A stretch of 64,000 nt of DNA from a bacterium (lineage in GTDB: Bacteria; Patescibacteriota; Dojkabacteria; SC72): assembly GCA_021108295.1 (NCBI GenBank), contig JAIORF010000102.1:295963-359962 (forward strand), in the 5' to 3' direction. The notes below the pieces were generated by a model that ran no database searches, was not told the origin of the DNA, and saw only the letters and a list, made by a program, of their open reading frames with translations. Below are positions 31,070 through 41,245 of this stretch, piece by piece. Positions within the stretch are counted from its first letter, which is position 1, and the number at the start of each line of letters is the position of its first letter. The position numbers and the translations under genes are program-made.

Positions 31070-32386
31070 TTAAACTTCGTAGCTCTGAATAATATCAGTG
31101 GTATCATCTACCTTTGCGTGACGCGCTATTATACTCTGAATTACTCCTAAAGAGAATAGGGTAACCAATGTTACACTTCCTCCAGCACTTACAAGTGGTA
31201 GAGGAATACCTGTAGCTGGGATTGCTCCAGTGTTTGTAGCAATGTTTATAAATACCTCTAGTAGTAATTTCACAGTAAAACCGAGCACTATCATAGCAAA
31301 GTATGGATCATTAGTTAAGAGTATTGTTTTACTAAATCCAAAGAGTATGATTACAGCGAAGAGAAGAAGTAAGAAAATAGCGCCTACTAATCCAAATTCT
31401 TCTGCAAAGGATGCAAATATGAAGTCTGTCTGATGCTCAGGCAAAAAGCTTCTTTTACTTTGAGTACCATTTCCAAAACCCTTACCCCAGATCTTTCCTG
31501 ACCCTATCGCAATTCTTGCTTGGTTTACATTAAATCCTGCATCCCCTGTATCTTCTGCAGGATTGAGATATACCTCAATACGATCTTTTTGGTAATCTCT
31601 TAATACACTATCCCATATTGCACTTGATCCTAGTCCCAATACAATGGAAAGGAGGAAACCTATCACCACAAAGACTCTCCAAGAATCTCTGTAGAAGTAT
31701 GCGAAGATTGCGATGATGAAGGAGATAATGACAAGTACTAGCCATATTGTACTACTAAGAATTGATGCAAGTAAAAAGCCGAATGCACCCAACATGACGA
31801 TACATATGGCTATACTGTTTCTGAATTGATTATCTAGCCCTGTAAAGGCTACGAAGAACCATATAGAGAGGAGAAGTATAGACATGCTACCATCCGGTTG
31901 GAAGTAGGTTAGAAAGAATATTGGTAAAACGAGAAGCAAACTAACTACAAAGAGAATCCATTGGTTAAATCTTACTTTCAATGAAAGAACATATGCTGTA
32001 AGAAAGATAATGGTTATCTTCGCAAACTCTGATGGTTGAAGCTGTATGTCTCCGATAACTACCCATCTTTTTACATTGTTGATTATCGGTCCAAAAAGTA
32101 GTACTGCAAGAAGAGAGAGTAGCGTTATTAGGTATAGAGATAGGATAACTTGCCAACATTTTGAGTATGAGAGGTCTGTTTTTGATAGTACAAAGTATAA
32201 AAGGTACCCTACTATAATAAAAACTAACTGTTTACTTACTATAGAGGTGTCTGTAAAAGTTCCATCAGGTAGTATAGTTGTCGACAATAGAGCTATTAGC
32301 CCTATTATAGAAATGACTATACTTGGAATCAATATTTTGAGTTCAATGTTGAAATTCTTTTTTTGTTTACCTAAGAATGGCTGCAC
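31070..32386 (-). CDS. ftsW: SEDS-family peptidoglycan glycosyltransferase FtsW/RodA
   Basis: Polytopic; QARIAIGSGKIWGKGFGNGTQS...FLPEHQTDFIFA. Sits next to ftsZ. Confidence 0.8.
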   Translation of the reverse strand: MQPFLGKQKKNFNIELKILIPSIVISIIGLIALLSTTILPDGTFTDTSIVSKQLVFIIVGYLLYFVLSKTDLSYSKCWQVILSLYLITLLSLLAVLLFGPIINNVKRWVVIGDIQLQPSEFAKITIIFLTAYVLSLKVRFNQWILFVVSLLLVLPIFFLTYFQPDGSMSILLLSIWFFVAFTGLDNQFRNSIAICIVMLGAFGFLLASILSSTIWLVLVIISFIIAIFAYFYRDSWRVFVVIGFLLSIVLGLGSSAIWDSVLRDYQKDRIEVYLNPAEDTGDAGFNVNQARIAIGSGKIWGKGFGNGTQSKRSFLPEHQTDFIFASFAEEFGLVGAIFLLLLFAVIILFGFSKTILLTNDPYFAMIVLGFTVKLLLEVFINIATNTGAIPATGIPLPLVSAGGSVTLVTLFSLGVIQSIIARHAKVDDTTDIIQSYEV

Positions 32387-32395
32387 AACTCTATA

Positions 32396-33634
32396 TTACT
32401 TCTTTTTCCTCATGAATGCAGGTACATCCAATGGGTCTTTACTGTCAACTTCAAAATCTAGAGATGATTTTTCCTTTTCTGAAGACTCTTTTTCATCTGA
32501 CATATCAAATTCTAGACCACTAGATTTCTTCTCACTAGAAGGGACTTCGTCTTCTTGAAGTTTCTTTTCCATGTTAGGTGTCGTAAATCCAGTAAATACG
32601 TTAGGTGTGCTCTCCTCTTCTTCAATAGGCTGAGAGAAAGTACTGCTATCATCAGATTTCAATTCGGAGGCATATGGCTGATCTGTTTTACCAATACCTG
32701 TAGCTACAATCGTTATTATAATTTCATCACCAAGTTCTTCATTTATCTGTGCGCCAAACTTTATATTGGCAGATGGATCTACAGCCTCTTTGATAAGTTC
32801 TGAGACTAAACTAATCTCTGTTAATGACAAATTCGATCCTACAATATTGTAGAGAATCCCAGTAGCTCCCTCAATAGACATATCTAAAAGAGGACTTGTG
32901 GTTGCAAGCCTTGCAGCTTTTTCAGCCCTATCCTCTCCACTAGCACGACCAATACCCATAAGAGCGGTACCTGCGTTTTGCATTACAGATTTTGCATCAT
33001 TGAAGTCTGCATTGATATATCCTGTTTGACTAATTAGGTTTGAGATACTACTTACACCTTCTGCAAGTACAGAATCCACCATCTTCATAGCCTCAATAAA
33101 GGATACAGAGTCATCAACTATCTCAAGTAATCTCTGATTAGGGACCACTATGAGTGTATCCACTTTATCCTTAAGTGCTGCGAGTCCTTCTTCTGCTACT
33201 ACCTTTCTTCTTTCACCTTCAAAATCAAATGGTTTTGTAACAACGGCTACAGTTAAAGCTCCCATATTCTTTGCTACACCAGCTATAATTGGAGCAGCTC
33301 CAGTACCAGTTCCACCTCCCATACCTGCTGTGATAAATACCATATTCGCACCATCTACCAACTCTTGTATCTGATCTAAACTCTCTTCTGCAGATTGAGC
33401 TCCTAGTTCATGATTACCTCCAACACCCAAACCTTTAGTTAGTTCTTCTCCTAACTGTAATGTTGTAGGCGCAAGGGACTGTTTAAGAGATTGAGCATCT
33501 GTATTCAAGGAAACGAAATCTACACCTGGGATATCATAATCACCTATCATTGTGTTAACGGCATTACAGCCACCACCACCCACTCCTACGACCTTGATGT
33601 CCACTACACTATCTGCACTTGTTGTAACTAGCAT
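32396..33634 (-). CDS. ftsZ: cell division GTPase FtsZ
   Basis: GVGGGGCNAVN and tubulin signature GGGTGTG. Acidic C-terminal tail. Confidence 0.95.
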   Translation of the reverse strand: MLVTTSADSVVDIKVVGVGGGGCNAVNTMIGDYDIPGVDFVSLNTDAQSLKQSLAPTTLQLGEELTKGLGVGGNHELGAQSAEESLDQIQELVDGANMVFITAGMGGGTGTGAAPIIAGVAKNMGALTVAVVTKPFDFEGERRKVVAEEGLAALKDKVDTLIVVPNQRLLEIVDDSVSFIEAMKMVDSVLAEGVSSISNLISQTGYINADFNDAKSVMQNAGTALMGIGRASGEDRAEKAARLATTSPLLDMSIEGATGILYNIVGSNLSLTEISLVSELIKEAVDPSANIKFGAQINEELGDEIIITIVATGIGKTDQPYASELKSDDSSTFSQPIEEEESTPNVFTGFTTPNMEKKLQEDEVPSSEKKSSGLEFDMSDEKESSEKEKSSLDFEVDSKDPLDVPAFMRKKK

Positions 33635-33656
33635 TTCTATTAATTAAAAATTTATC

Positions 33657-34958
33657 TTAAGGCAGTAATGACTTGAACCAATCTGTAATTTTACCAAATA
33701 TTCCTCCCATATCAACTTTTTTACTTTCAGTATTATTAACATCCACTTCATCATCTAACGCATGTTTGATAAGGCCCTGTACACAAGAGTATGAAGGATC
33801 AGAGATTTCCTCTGTCATACCACTTAGACCAGAAGCATATCCAATTCTAGCAGGGACACCAAATACACCTTGTGTAAACTTTGTAATACCACTTAACAAA
33901 CTTGTACCTCCAGTAAGTACAATACCAGCAGGCATAGCAATCTCGTATCCAGCTCTTTCTACATTCTCTTTTGCCATATCAAATATTTCTTCACTTCTTG
34001 CTTCTACAATATCTTTTAGCATTTCTTTTGTCACTGTTTTTTCTGTTTCAATATTTATTAACGAAAGATCGAGTAAATCACCCTTAGGTTTGTCCTCTTT
34101 CTTCTCTTCAACAATCTTTCTTAGAAGAGCAGGTGTCTTATCCGTTTTCTTGTCGACTTCCATACGCTTATCAGAAAGTAATTCATCCATATTTACTTTA
34201 ATCTTTTCTGCGTCTTCTAATGACACTTGGAGACCAATTGCAATATCACTTGTAATATTGACCCCACCAAGTGGAATACAACCACTGTATATTATTGCTC
34301 CCTCTTGAAAAATAGCTATACTTGTTGTACCAGTACCAATATCGAGTAATGTAACACCCAACTCCTTCTCAGTATCAGTAAGTACTGCAGCAGCTGATGC
34401 CCATCCGGTAAATACCACATCATATACATTAAGACCTAGTTGCTCTACACACTTCTTAAGATTTTGCCAATATGAATTTGGTGCAGTAATTATATGTGTC
34501 TCTACTTCTAATCTTCCACCACTCATTCCAATTGGATATTTAATTCCACCTTGATTATCTACCATAAATTCTCTAGGGATGATGTGTATTGGATTAAGGT
34601 TTTCAGGCAAAGAGAGTGTACGAGCATTTTCAATAGCTCTGTATGTGTCATCAATGGTAATCTCTGAACCTGCCACTGCGACAACCCCCTTATTATTAAG
34701 ACTGGTAACTAAATCTCCATTAATGGATACATAAACATCTGAAACAGTAACCCCTGCCATTCTTTCTGCAGCATTTACACTCTCAGAAATTGCATTTGTA
34801 GCTTCATCAATATTTACAACAACACCTTTCTTAATTCCCTTACTTGGATGTGAACATACTCCAATTACGGTTGGTTTACTATCCTCTTCCACTGCTGATA
34901 TTACTGTAGTGATCTTCGATGTACCTACATCAATTGCTGTTATAATTTTTCGTGCCAT
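33657..34958 (-). CDS. ftsA: cell division protein FtsA
   Basis: Actin-like ATPase. IDVGTSKITTVI and LDIGTGTTSIAIF motifs. Confidence 0.9.
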   Translation of the reverse strand: MARKIITAIDVGTSKITTVISAVEEDSKPTVIGVCSHPSKGIKKGVVVNIDEATNAISESVNAAERMAGVTVSDVYVSINGDLVTSLNNKGVVAVAGSEITIDDTYRAIENARTLSLPENLNPIHIIPREFMVDNQGGIKYPIGMSGGRLEVETHIITAPNSYWQNLKKCVEQLGLNVYDVVFTGWASAAAVLTDTEKELGVTLLDIGTGTTSIAIFQEGAIIYSGCIPLGGVNITSDIAIGLQVSLEDAEKIKVNMDELLSDKRMEVDKKTDKTPALLRKIVEEKKEDKPKGDLLDLSLINIETEKTVTKEMLKDIVEARSEEIFDMAKENVERAGYEIAMPAGIVLTGGTSLLSGITKFTQGVFGVPARIGYASGLSGMTEEISDPSYSCVQGLIKHALDDEVDVNNTESKKVDMGGIFGKITDWFKSLLP

Positions 34959-35044
34959 TTGTTTTACTTGATAGAAATTACATCAAAAAGAACTCTGTTT
35001 TCGTAGTACTAATATAATAAAAAACAGGAATAGATGCAAGTACC

Positions 35045-35824
35045 TTAGAGAAGTTCCATAACAGGTCTTTCAAATCTCATGTCTAAATATTTATATTCTA
35101 TACTCTCGATATTAACCTTTTCTAATATCAAATACAATTTTGCAAGCTGCTCATCAAAACTATTAGCAGACTCTATCACTATTTCTCTCGGTCCATCCGA
35201 GATTCTTAAAACATCTTCATCCACCTCTATTGTAGATATTTCCCAGACGAATTCTTCCAGAACTTGTACTACCTGAGATATCTCACTATCAAATATTAAT
35301 CTCTTGTCTGCTACAATGTTTTGACTTGTAGACAACTGTATACCATTTTCAAGATTGCAGACTTCATATTCAGACTCTTTTTCAAGTATTAGACCCTCTT
35401 GGGAGAAAATGTAACAATTTTCTCCATATTCAAGGTAGTACATAGGATTATATTCTTCTATAGTAAGAGTAATAGAATTGGGAAAAATCTTTTGTGCATC
35501 AACATCTTTCACATACCCATTAACCTCAAATATTTCCTGTTTAAGTTCTTTTAGATCCAACGAGAAGTATCCTTCCCCTAAATATTTATCTGTAGCTTCT
35601 GATAGATTTGTTACATATTGTAGCTCTTTGCTGTGTTCAATCTTTTTGATTTGGAATACTCCTAACCATGTTAGTAAAGTAATCGTAAGTATTATTATAA
35701 GGATTATAATAAAAGGTTTGAGTATTTTAAACCATTTCTTACGAGAGAGTTTTTTATAAAAGGATATCTTTAGGGTAGTTTCTTCTTTATCCTTATGACG
35801 GTTTTTGAATTGAGCAATGTCCAT
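35045..35824 (-). CDS. ftsQ: FtsQ/DivIB-like cell division protein (TM + POTRA)
   Basis: Single N-terminal TM followed by a POTRA-like region. Lies upstream of ftsA. Confidence 0.55.
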   Translation of the reverse strand: MDIAQFKNRHKDKEETTLKISFYKKLSRKKWFKILKPFIIILIIILTITLLTWLGVFQIKKIEHSKELQYVTNLSEATDKYLGEGYFSLDLKELKQEIFEVNGYVKDVDAQKIFPNSITLTIEEYNPMYYLEYGENCYIFSQEGLILEKESEYEVCNLENGIQLSTSQNIVADKRLIFDSEISQVVQVLEEFVWEISTIEVDEDVLRISDGPREIVIESANSFDEQLAKLYLILEKVNIESIEYKYLDMRFERPVMELL

Positions 35825-35857
35825 ATATGTATATTAACATATTTTACTACCACTTCT

Positions 35858-37117
35858 TTACCCAGTAAGATTCTCCATTCTGTTTAACAAATATTCAGAT
35901 ATCGGAATCTCCATATTAGTATTGGGATCATCAATAGAAAAAGTCTCTAGTTTTTCTAAAACAGCACCTAATTCTCGTTCCACTTGTTCTCTATTCATCT
36001 CGAATGTCTCTGCAATTTCAGACGGATGATGGGGATTATTAACAAAAGCAATTCCAAAACGTAAACAAACTAATCTGTATTCTCTCTCGGACAGGTTCTC
36101 ACATAAAAGATATGGTAATTCACATAAGTCTGTTAGACTTGTTGCTAATTCCTTGTCAGATATCTCACTTATATTCAACTTAAGGATACTCCCAGATTCT
36201 ATCGACCACAAAACGGAGCTACTTATCTGTTGCGCTTGCTGTTTTGACATATCAAATATCCTCGAGATTCCCCGAAAAGTCATAACATCTCCAAGAATTC
36301 CAGATCTAAGCATATAGATTCCAAAAGTACGCAGATTTCTTACTTTGCAATACCTTAAAATCTTTTTAAGAGTTTCTGAAACTTCCATCCTCTCGTCAAG
36401 CATACTTAAACCATCATTTTCTTTGGAAAGATAATTATGCGCCTTATCTCTATCTCTAAAATCGACAGATTCATCATTTAACGAAAAGGGTTCGTTCATT
36501 GCCCTCACTGCTGCAACCCTATTTTCTATCTTTACTTTGCTATATCCAAGTTCTATGCAACGACTTCGTACTCCCTCTTCTGTAAGTAATTCATCAAGTT
36601 TAAACACATCTTCGGACATATTCACAGGAACTTGAATCAAATTCCCGTGTTCTTGTAAGTGGCTCGATATTGCTTCTTTTATCCACCATATAGCATAGGT
36701 AGAAAACCTTTTATTCCTACTAGCCTTCTCTAAATCAAATTTCCTTAAAGCAATGACTATTCCCCATCGACCTTCCTGAAGAAGTTCTTCTCTTTCTGCA
36801 TGTTTGCTATAACCTCTTTGTTTTTTATACAAACTTAGAACCAATCCTCCATTTCTACAAACAAACTCCTTTTCAATCTCATAAATCTCCTCTTGTAACG
36901 AATTATCTTCCTTATGAACTTCAAACTCTTTTCTTAATATTGCATATCGTTCTAATTGAGCTCTCTCTTCCTCTGGTGTAAACAGAGGATACTCAGCCGT
37001 CAATCTTTTCATTTCGGCAAAAAGCCAACTATCTGAGGTATCAAGATATACCTCCTTCTCTGGAATTCCTTCTGCTCTTACAATTTCTTTATCTACACTC
37101 TTTATCTTATGTGTCAT
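35858..37117 (-). CDS. RNA polymerase sigma-70 family factor (paralog 1)
   Basis: Region 2 LLQEGRWGIVIALRKFDLEKASRNKRFSTYAIWWIKEAISSHL. Region 4 LSEREYRLVCLRFGIA...SEIAETFEMNREQVERELGAVLEKL. Confidence 0.75.
   Translation of the reverse strand: MTHKIKSVDKEIVRAEGIPEKEVYLDTSDSWLFAEMKRLTAEYPLFTPEEERAQLERYAILRKEFEVHKEDNSLQEEIYEIEKEFVCRNGGLVLSLYKKQRGYSKHAEREELLQEGRWGIVIALRKFDLEKASRNKRFSTYAIWWIKEAISSHLQEHGNLIQVPVNMSEDVFKLDELLTEEGVRSRCIELGYSKVKIENRVAAVRAMNEPFSLNDESVDFRDRDKAHNYLSKENDGLSMLDERMEVSETLKKILRYCKVRNLRTFGIYMLRSGILGDVMTFRGISRIFDMSKQQAQQISSSVLWSIESGSILKLNISEISDKELATSLTDLCELPYLLCENLSEREYRLVCLRFGIAFVNNPHHPSEIAETFEMNREQVERELGAVLEKLETFSIDDPNTNMEIPISEYLLNRMENLTG
36047..36175. repeat. 129-nt segment 100% identical to 37355-37483 (inside sigma paralog 1)
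   Basis: Direct read-through comparison. The surrounding gene sequence is only ~55-60% identical at the protein level. Confidence 0.85.
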
Positions 37118-37166
37118 GACTTAAATAGATCTAGTGGGGAGTAAAATATAATTATATTACAGTTCC

Positions 37167-38426
37167 TTACTTCGTAAAATTTCTTAAATTAGACAAATAC
37201 TCAGATACTGTAATCTCCGTATTAGTATTGGGATCATCTATGAGAAGAACTTCCAATTTCTCCATAATGGTGTCCAATTCTTGCTCTACTTGTTCTGTAT
37301 TTGTTTTTAATGTTTCTGCAATTTCAGACAATGGACAAGGTTTATTATCAATAAGAGCAATTCCAAAACGTAAACAAACTAATCTGTATTCTCTCTCGGA
37401 CAGGTTCTCACATAAAAGATATGGTAATTCACATAAGTCTGTTAGACTTGTTGCTAATTCCTTGTCAGATATCTCACTTATATCCAATTTACCAATCCTT
37501 CCATATACTACATTTCTTCGTACTCCATCAGTTATTTGCCTTACTCTCTCTCGTGATATGTTAAATATCTTTCCAACCTCTTCTAGTGTCATACCACATC
37601 CAAGAACTCCAGCTTTAAGCATAAACATTCCGAAATCCCGTATGTTTTTCTCTTTGTAATACTTAAGAATTTTCTTGGAGACTTCTGTAACCAACAGTCT
37701 ATTTTCTACTCGTCTACGAGTTGCCTCCCAGTCATTATTTGAAAGCTTCTGATATCCATTCTTACAATTCTCAGGTTCTTCATCTAATGACTCCTGCGAT
37801 GCTGCTCTAACTGCTGCAATTAACGCTTTCGTTTTTTGTTCTTTATACCCAAGCTCTTCACAACGGGCTCGAACAGCCTTTTCCGTTAATGGTAATGGAC
37901 AATTAAGTTTTGACAAAGCCCAATGAGTACTTGCAGAAACTCGCATTACACTTCTATTTTCTCTCTGATATCGCTCCATGAACGATTTAAGCCACCAACA
38001 TGCATAAGTAGAGAATTTTTTATTTCCTCCTATCTTGGCTAAATCAAACTTTCTTAAAGCCCAAACTATTGCCCAGCGACCTTCTTGGATAAGGTCATCT
38101 GCATCTGCAAATTTAGCAGGGTCCTTTATTTTACTATATTGTTTTAGAATTAATCCTCCATTTCTACAAACAAACTCGTTTTCAATCTCATTAATTTGAT
38201 CCTCAATTTTAGACACATTCCCATTATTACTATCCTTTAACTCTTTTCTCAATTTTGCATATCGTTCTAATTGAGCTCGCTCAACCTCTGGTGCAAATAC
38301 TGGGTACTCAGCTATCCATCTTTTTGTCTCGATAAAAATCCTACTCCTTGAGTTATCAAGATAATCCTCAGTTCTTTCCATTGTTATTGTAGATCCTTCA
38401 ACCTCACTCCCTGCATTGTTTAGCAT
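37167..38426 (-). CDS. RNA polymerase sigma-70 family factor (paralog 2)
   Basis: Region 2 LIQEGRWAIVWALRKFDLAKIGGNKKFSTYACWWLKSFMERY. Region 4 LSEREYRLVCLRFGIAL...SEIAETLKTNTEQVEQELDTIMEKL. Confidence 0.75.
   Translation of the reverse strand: MLNNAGSEVEGSTITMERTEDYLDNSRSRIFIETKRWIAEYPVFAPEVERAQLERYAKLRKELKDSNNGNVSKIEDQINEIENEFVCRNGGLILKQYSKIKDPAKFADADDLIQEGRWAIVWALRKFDLAKIGGNKKFSTYACWWLKSFMERYQRENRSVMRVSASTHWALSKLNCPLPLTEKAVRARCEELGYKEQKTKALIAAVRAASQESLDEEPENCKNGYQKLSNNDWEATRRRVENRLLVTEVSKKILKYYKEKNIRDFGMFMLKAGVLGCGMTLEEVGKIFNISRERVRQITDGVRRNVVYGRIGKLDISEISDKELATSLTDLCELPYLLCENLSEREYRLVCLRFGIALIDNKPCPLSEIAETLKTNTEQVEQELDTIMEKLEVLLIDDPNTNTEITVSEYLSNLRNFTK
37355..37483. repeat. 129-nt segment 100% identical to 36047-36175 (inside sigma paralog 2)
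   Basis: As above. Encodes ...ISEISDKELATSLTDLCELPYLLCENLSEREYRLVCLRFGIA. Confidence 0.85.
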
Positions 38427-38458
38427 GTTCTAATTAGTCTAGTGGGGAGTAAATAAAT

Positions 38459-38535
38459 TGGAGCGAGAGACGGGATTCGAACCCGCGACCTACACATTGG
38501 CAATGTGTCGTTCTAGCCAACTGAACTACTCTCGC
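38459..38535 (-). tRNA. tRNA-Gly (anticodon GCC)
   Basis: Same scaffold as the other tRNA-Gly. Anticodon loop TTGCCAA. CCA encoded. Confidence 0.85.
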
Positions 38536-38539
38536 CTAC

Positions 38540-38615
38540 TGGTGCCTAGACCCAGGCTTGAACTGGGGACCCCATGTTTTTCAGACATGTGCTCTACCAA
38601 CTGAGCTATCTAGGC
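38540..38615 (-). tRNA. tRNA-Phe (anticodon GAA)
   Basis: GCCTAGA...CATGT-CTGAAAA-ACATG...TCTAGGC-A-CCA. Confidence 0.85.
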
Positions 38616-38625
38616 AACAGATGTA

Positions 38626-39717
38626 TTATATACTGTTTCTAACCAAATCTTCAACCTCTTTTCTAAATCTCTCTTTACTAAATCTCTCTACACTCTTTAC
38701 CATACTCCCAATATCCCAGCTCATACTCACCAACCTCTCTAAACCCTCTCTAAAACTCTCTACTGTATTCTCAGTGTAAAAGCCCCCATTAACTCCCTCT
38801 ACTACACTCTCCATATACCCACCCTTCTTGAGAGCCAATACAGGAGTACCACAACTAATACTCTCTACAGGAAATATCCCAAAATCCTCAATTCCAGAGA
38901 CAAGAAAACCACTAGCCTGAGACATTATTTTATACTTCTCACTATCACTAATCCTACCCACAAATTCAATATTGCTACTACCCCTAGCCAACCTCTTTAA
39001 ACGCTTACTACCTCTACCCTCACCAATTACCTTTAAATTAAACTTTAATTCTTTAGCACACTCTATGAGGAACTCTCCCCCCTTGTTCTCTGCAAAAGGA
39101 GCACCCGCTACAAAGTAATTCCCCCTATCCTGATATTCAATCAATTTACCACTATACAAATTAACAGGAGGATATATTACCCTCTCTACATCTCTGCCCC
39201 AATATCTTTTACACCTCTGTGCAACAAACTTAGAATTAGAAACAAGAATATCTGGTCTAGAAGAAGACATAACGTCCCAAATACGAAGGTAATTAAGAAA
39301 TGGAGCCTTCAAAAGCCCATACTTACTGTAAATATCTTTTAAATCCCATAAGTACCTCAAAGGAGTATGAATATATGAAATATGTAAACTCTCCTGAGAA
39401 GTAATACACCCCTTGGCTATACCATGACTAGACGATATTACAAGATCGTAATTAGACAAATCGAAGGTCTCTACAGCTACTGGCCAAAGAGGTAGATAAA
39501 AAGTATATAACTTTTGAATAAAGGGAAATCTATTTAAAAACGAAAACCTAACCTCCCTATCTCTTAAATACCTCTCTACAAACTTCTTACTCCCATACAA
39601 AGAAAATATATCAGCCTCAGGAAAAAGATTAGCCAATTCTAAATTAACCACATTTGCACCACCCATTGAAAATAGATTCTCGACTACCAATGCAATTTTA
39701 AAACCCTTACTTTTCAT
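38626..39717 (-). CDS. glycosyltransferase family 4 (GT-B, EX7E motif)
   Basis: GIEDFGIFPVESISCGTPVLALKKGGYMESVVEGVNGGF. Confidence 0.75.
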   Translation of the reverse strand: MKSKGFKIALVVENLFSMGGANVVNLELANLFPEADIFSLYGSKKFVERYLRDREVRFSFLNRFPFIQKLYTFYLPLWPVAVETFDLSNYDLVISSSHGIAKGCITSQESLHISYIHTPLRYLWDLKDIYSKYGLLKAPFLNYLRIWDVMSSSRPDILVSNSKFVAQRCKRYWGRDVERVIYPPVNLYSGKLIEYQDRGNYFVAGAPFAENKGGEFLIECAKELKFNLKVIGEGRGSKRLKRLARGSSNIEFVGRISDSEKYKIMSQASGFLVSGIEDFGIFPVESISCGTPVLALKKGGYMESVVEGVNGGFYTENTVESFREGLERLVSMSWDIGSMVKSVERFSKERFRKEVEDLVRNSI

Positions 39718-40420
39718 AAACTACAACAGTACCAAATTTCCTCCTAGTAATCTCTGGCTTACTAGTAATTATAACCCCGGCAACAAGAATTAGGAAACCA
39801 CCCGCTAAAAATGGAATATGCTTACGCTCAAGAGCAGTCTGAGTAAGCTCTCCAAACCTATATGCTCCATCCATAGGTTTAGTAGTCAACACATTGTAAG
39901 GAGGACTACCATCAGTTATAAGTACAGATTGGAATAGGTCATCACTACCAGTAAATTCCCACACCAAAGAAATATCCGCATCACCCTTTGTAACTATCTC
40001 AAACTCTAGTCTAGCAAAAAGGTCAGAGTCCCCAGAGGTCTTATAAAGGACACCACTACCCGATTGTGTAAACCCTGTAAGCATCACTACACCATCGGTA
40101 TTATCCAGCGTACTTTCATCATCAGGCCACTGATCGAAGAGAGAATTATTTCTACTAGCCTTAGATATTTGGAGAACTTCTGGATCAAAACTAATAACCA
40201 TCCTTGCTTTGCTTAAATCATATTCACCACTATCTATTAGTACATCTACTATGAAACCCTCTTCTCTATTCTTTACAACACCACTACTTGGATAAAGCTC
40301 AAAACTTGGTGAAGATGCCTTTACTACTGGAGAAAAGAGCATAGGACAAACTACTATACTGAAAACAATAAAAAGTTTTATAAAATCTTTTTTGACTATC
40401 ATATTAGAAAATATTACCAT
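39707..40420 (-). CDS. secreted protein with C-terminal membrane anchor (cohesin-like fold possible)
   Basis: Signal peptide ...FSPVVKASSP. C-terminal TM FLAGGFLILVAGVIIT. 11-nt overlap with the GT4 gene. Confidence 0.35.
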   Translation of the reverse strand: MVIFSNMIVKKDFIKLFIVFSIVVCPMLFSPVVKASSPSFELYPSSGVVKNREEGFIVDVLIDSGEYDLSKARMVISFDPEVLQISKASRNNSLFDQWPDDESTLDNTDGVVMLTGFTQSGSGVLYKTSGDSDLFARLEFEIVTKGDADISLVWEFTGSDDLFQSVLITDGSPPYNVLTTKPMDGAYRFGELTQTALERKHIPFLAGGFLILVAGVIITSKPEITRRKFGTVVVYEK

Positions 40421-40447
40421 AAAAGAAATAAGATTAGGAATACTACC

Positions 40448-41245
40448 ATGGATACAATAAAAATATTAACACTTTCGATTATACAGGGTATAACAGAATT
40501 GTTACCAGTATCAAGCAGTGGACACGTACTTGTAATAGGTAGACTCCTCAATCTTGATATATCTAATCACACAGCATTCCTTTCAACCTTGCACCTAGGT
40601 ACAACACTCGCTATTATAGTTTTCTTTAGAGAAGAACTCTTCGAGAACTTCTTTACTAAATCTAAACTCACGTTCTTTCTTAAACTACTCTTAGCCTCTC
40701 TACCTGTAGCAATGATTGGCTTTCTCTTCGAAGACTACATTGCCCAGTTCTATTATGGGAACCTCACCATCGCGATATTACTCATTGTTGTTGGTACGCT
40801 TTTTATAATCGCAGAAAACATTAACTTTAAAACAGTTAATCTTAAACCAAAAGAAGTACCACTTAGAAAAATGATACTGATTGGTATTGGCCAAACACTG
40901 GCACTAATACCTGGAACTTCTAGATCTGGAATTACAACTCTTAGTGGCATGATGTGCGGATTAAGTAAATATAGTGCCCTAAAATTCGGATTTATTCTAG
41001 GGATACCCATACTACTTGGAAGTAGTCTCTACGAGATTATCAAATCATACATAGAGACACCAGACAACTCTATAACCACAACCTCCCTCTCTATTGTGAA
41101 AATGCTTCCTGCAATAGCGATGACCTTTCTAGTCGGATATTTTGCACTATATGTTATAGAGAGATTTCAAAAGAAAAAATGGTTAACAATCTTTGGAATT
41201 TATAGATTAACAGTTGGATTATTAATATTAATATTTACTATATAA
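40448..41245 (+). CDS. uppP: undecaprenyl-diphosphatase
   Basis: GITELLPVSSSGH and PGTSRSGITTLSGM motifs. Confidence 0.85.
   Translation: MDTIKILTLSIIQGITELLPVSSSGHVLVIGRLLNLDISNHTAFLSTLHLGTTLAIIVFFREELFENFFTKSKLTFFLKLLLASLPVAMIGFLFEDYIAQFYYGNLTIAILLIVVGTLFIIAENINFKTVNLKPKEVPLRKMILIGIGQTLALIPGTSRSGITTLSGMMCGLSKYSALKFGFILGIPILLGSSLYEIIKSYIETPDNSITTTSLSIVKMLPAIAMTFLVGYFALYVIERFQKKKWLTIFGIYRLTVGLLILIFTI

Noticed and set aside
33673-34308. 211-aa plus-strand ORF
   Set aside because: Lies entirely antisense to ftsA, has low-complexity Ser/Ile-rich composition and no motif. It is a shadow ORF.
38558-38779. 73-aa plus-strand ORF
   Set aside because: Overlaps tRNA-Phe and the 3' end of the glycosyltransferase gene. 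Spurious.
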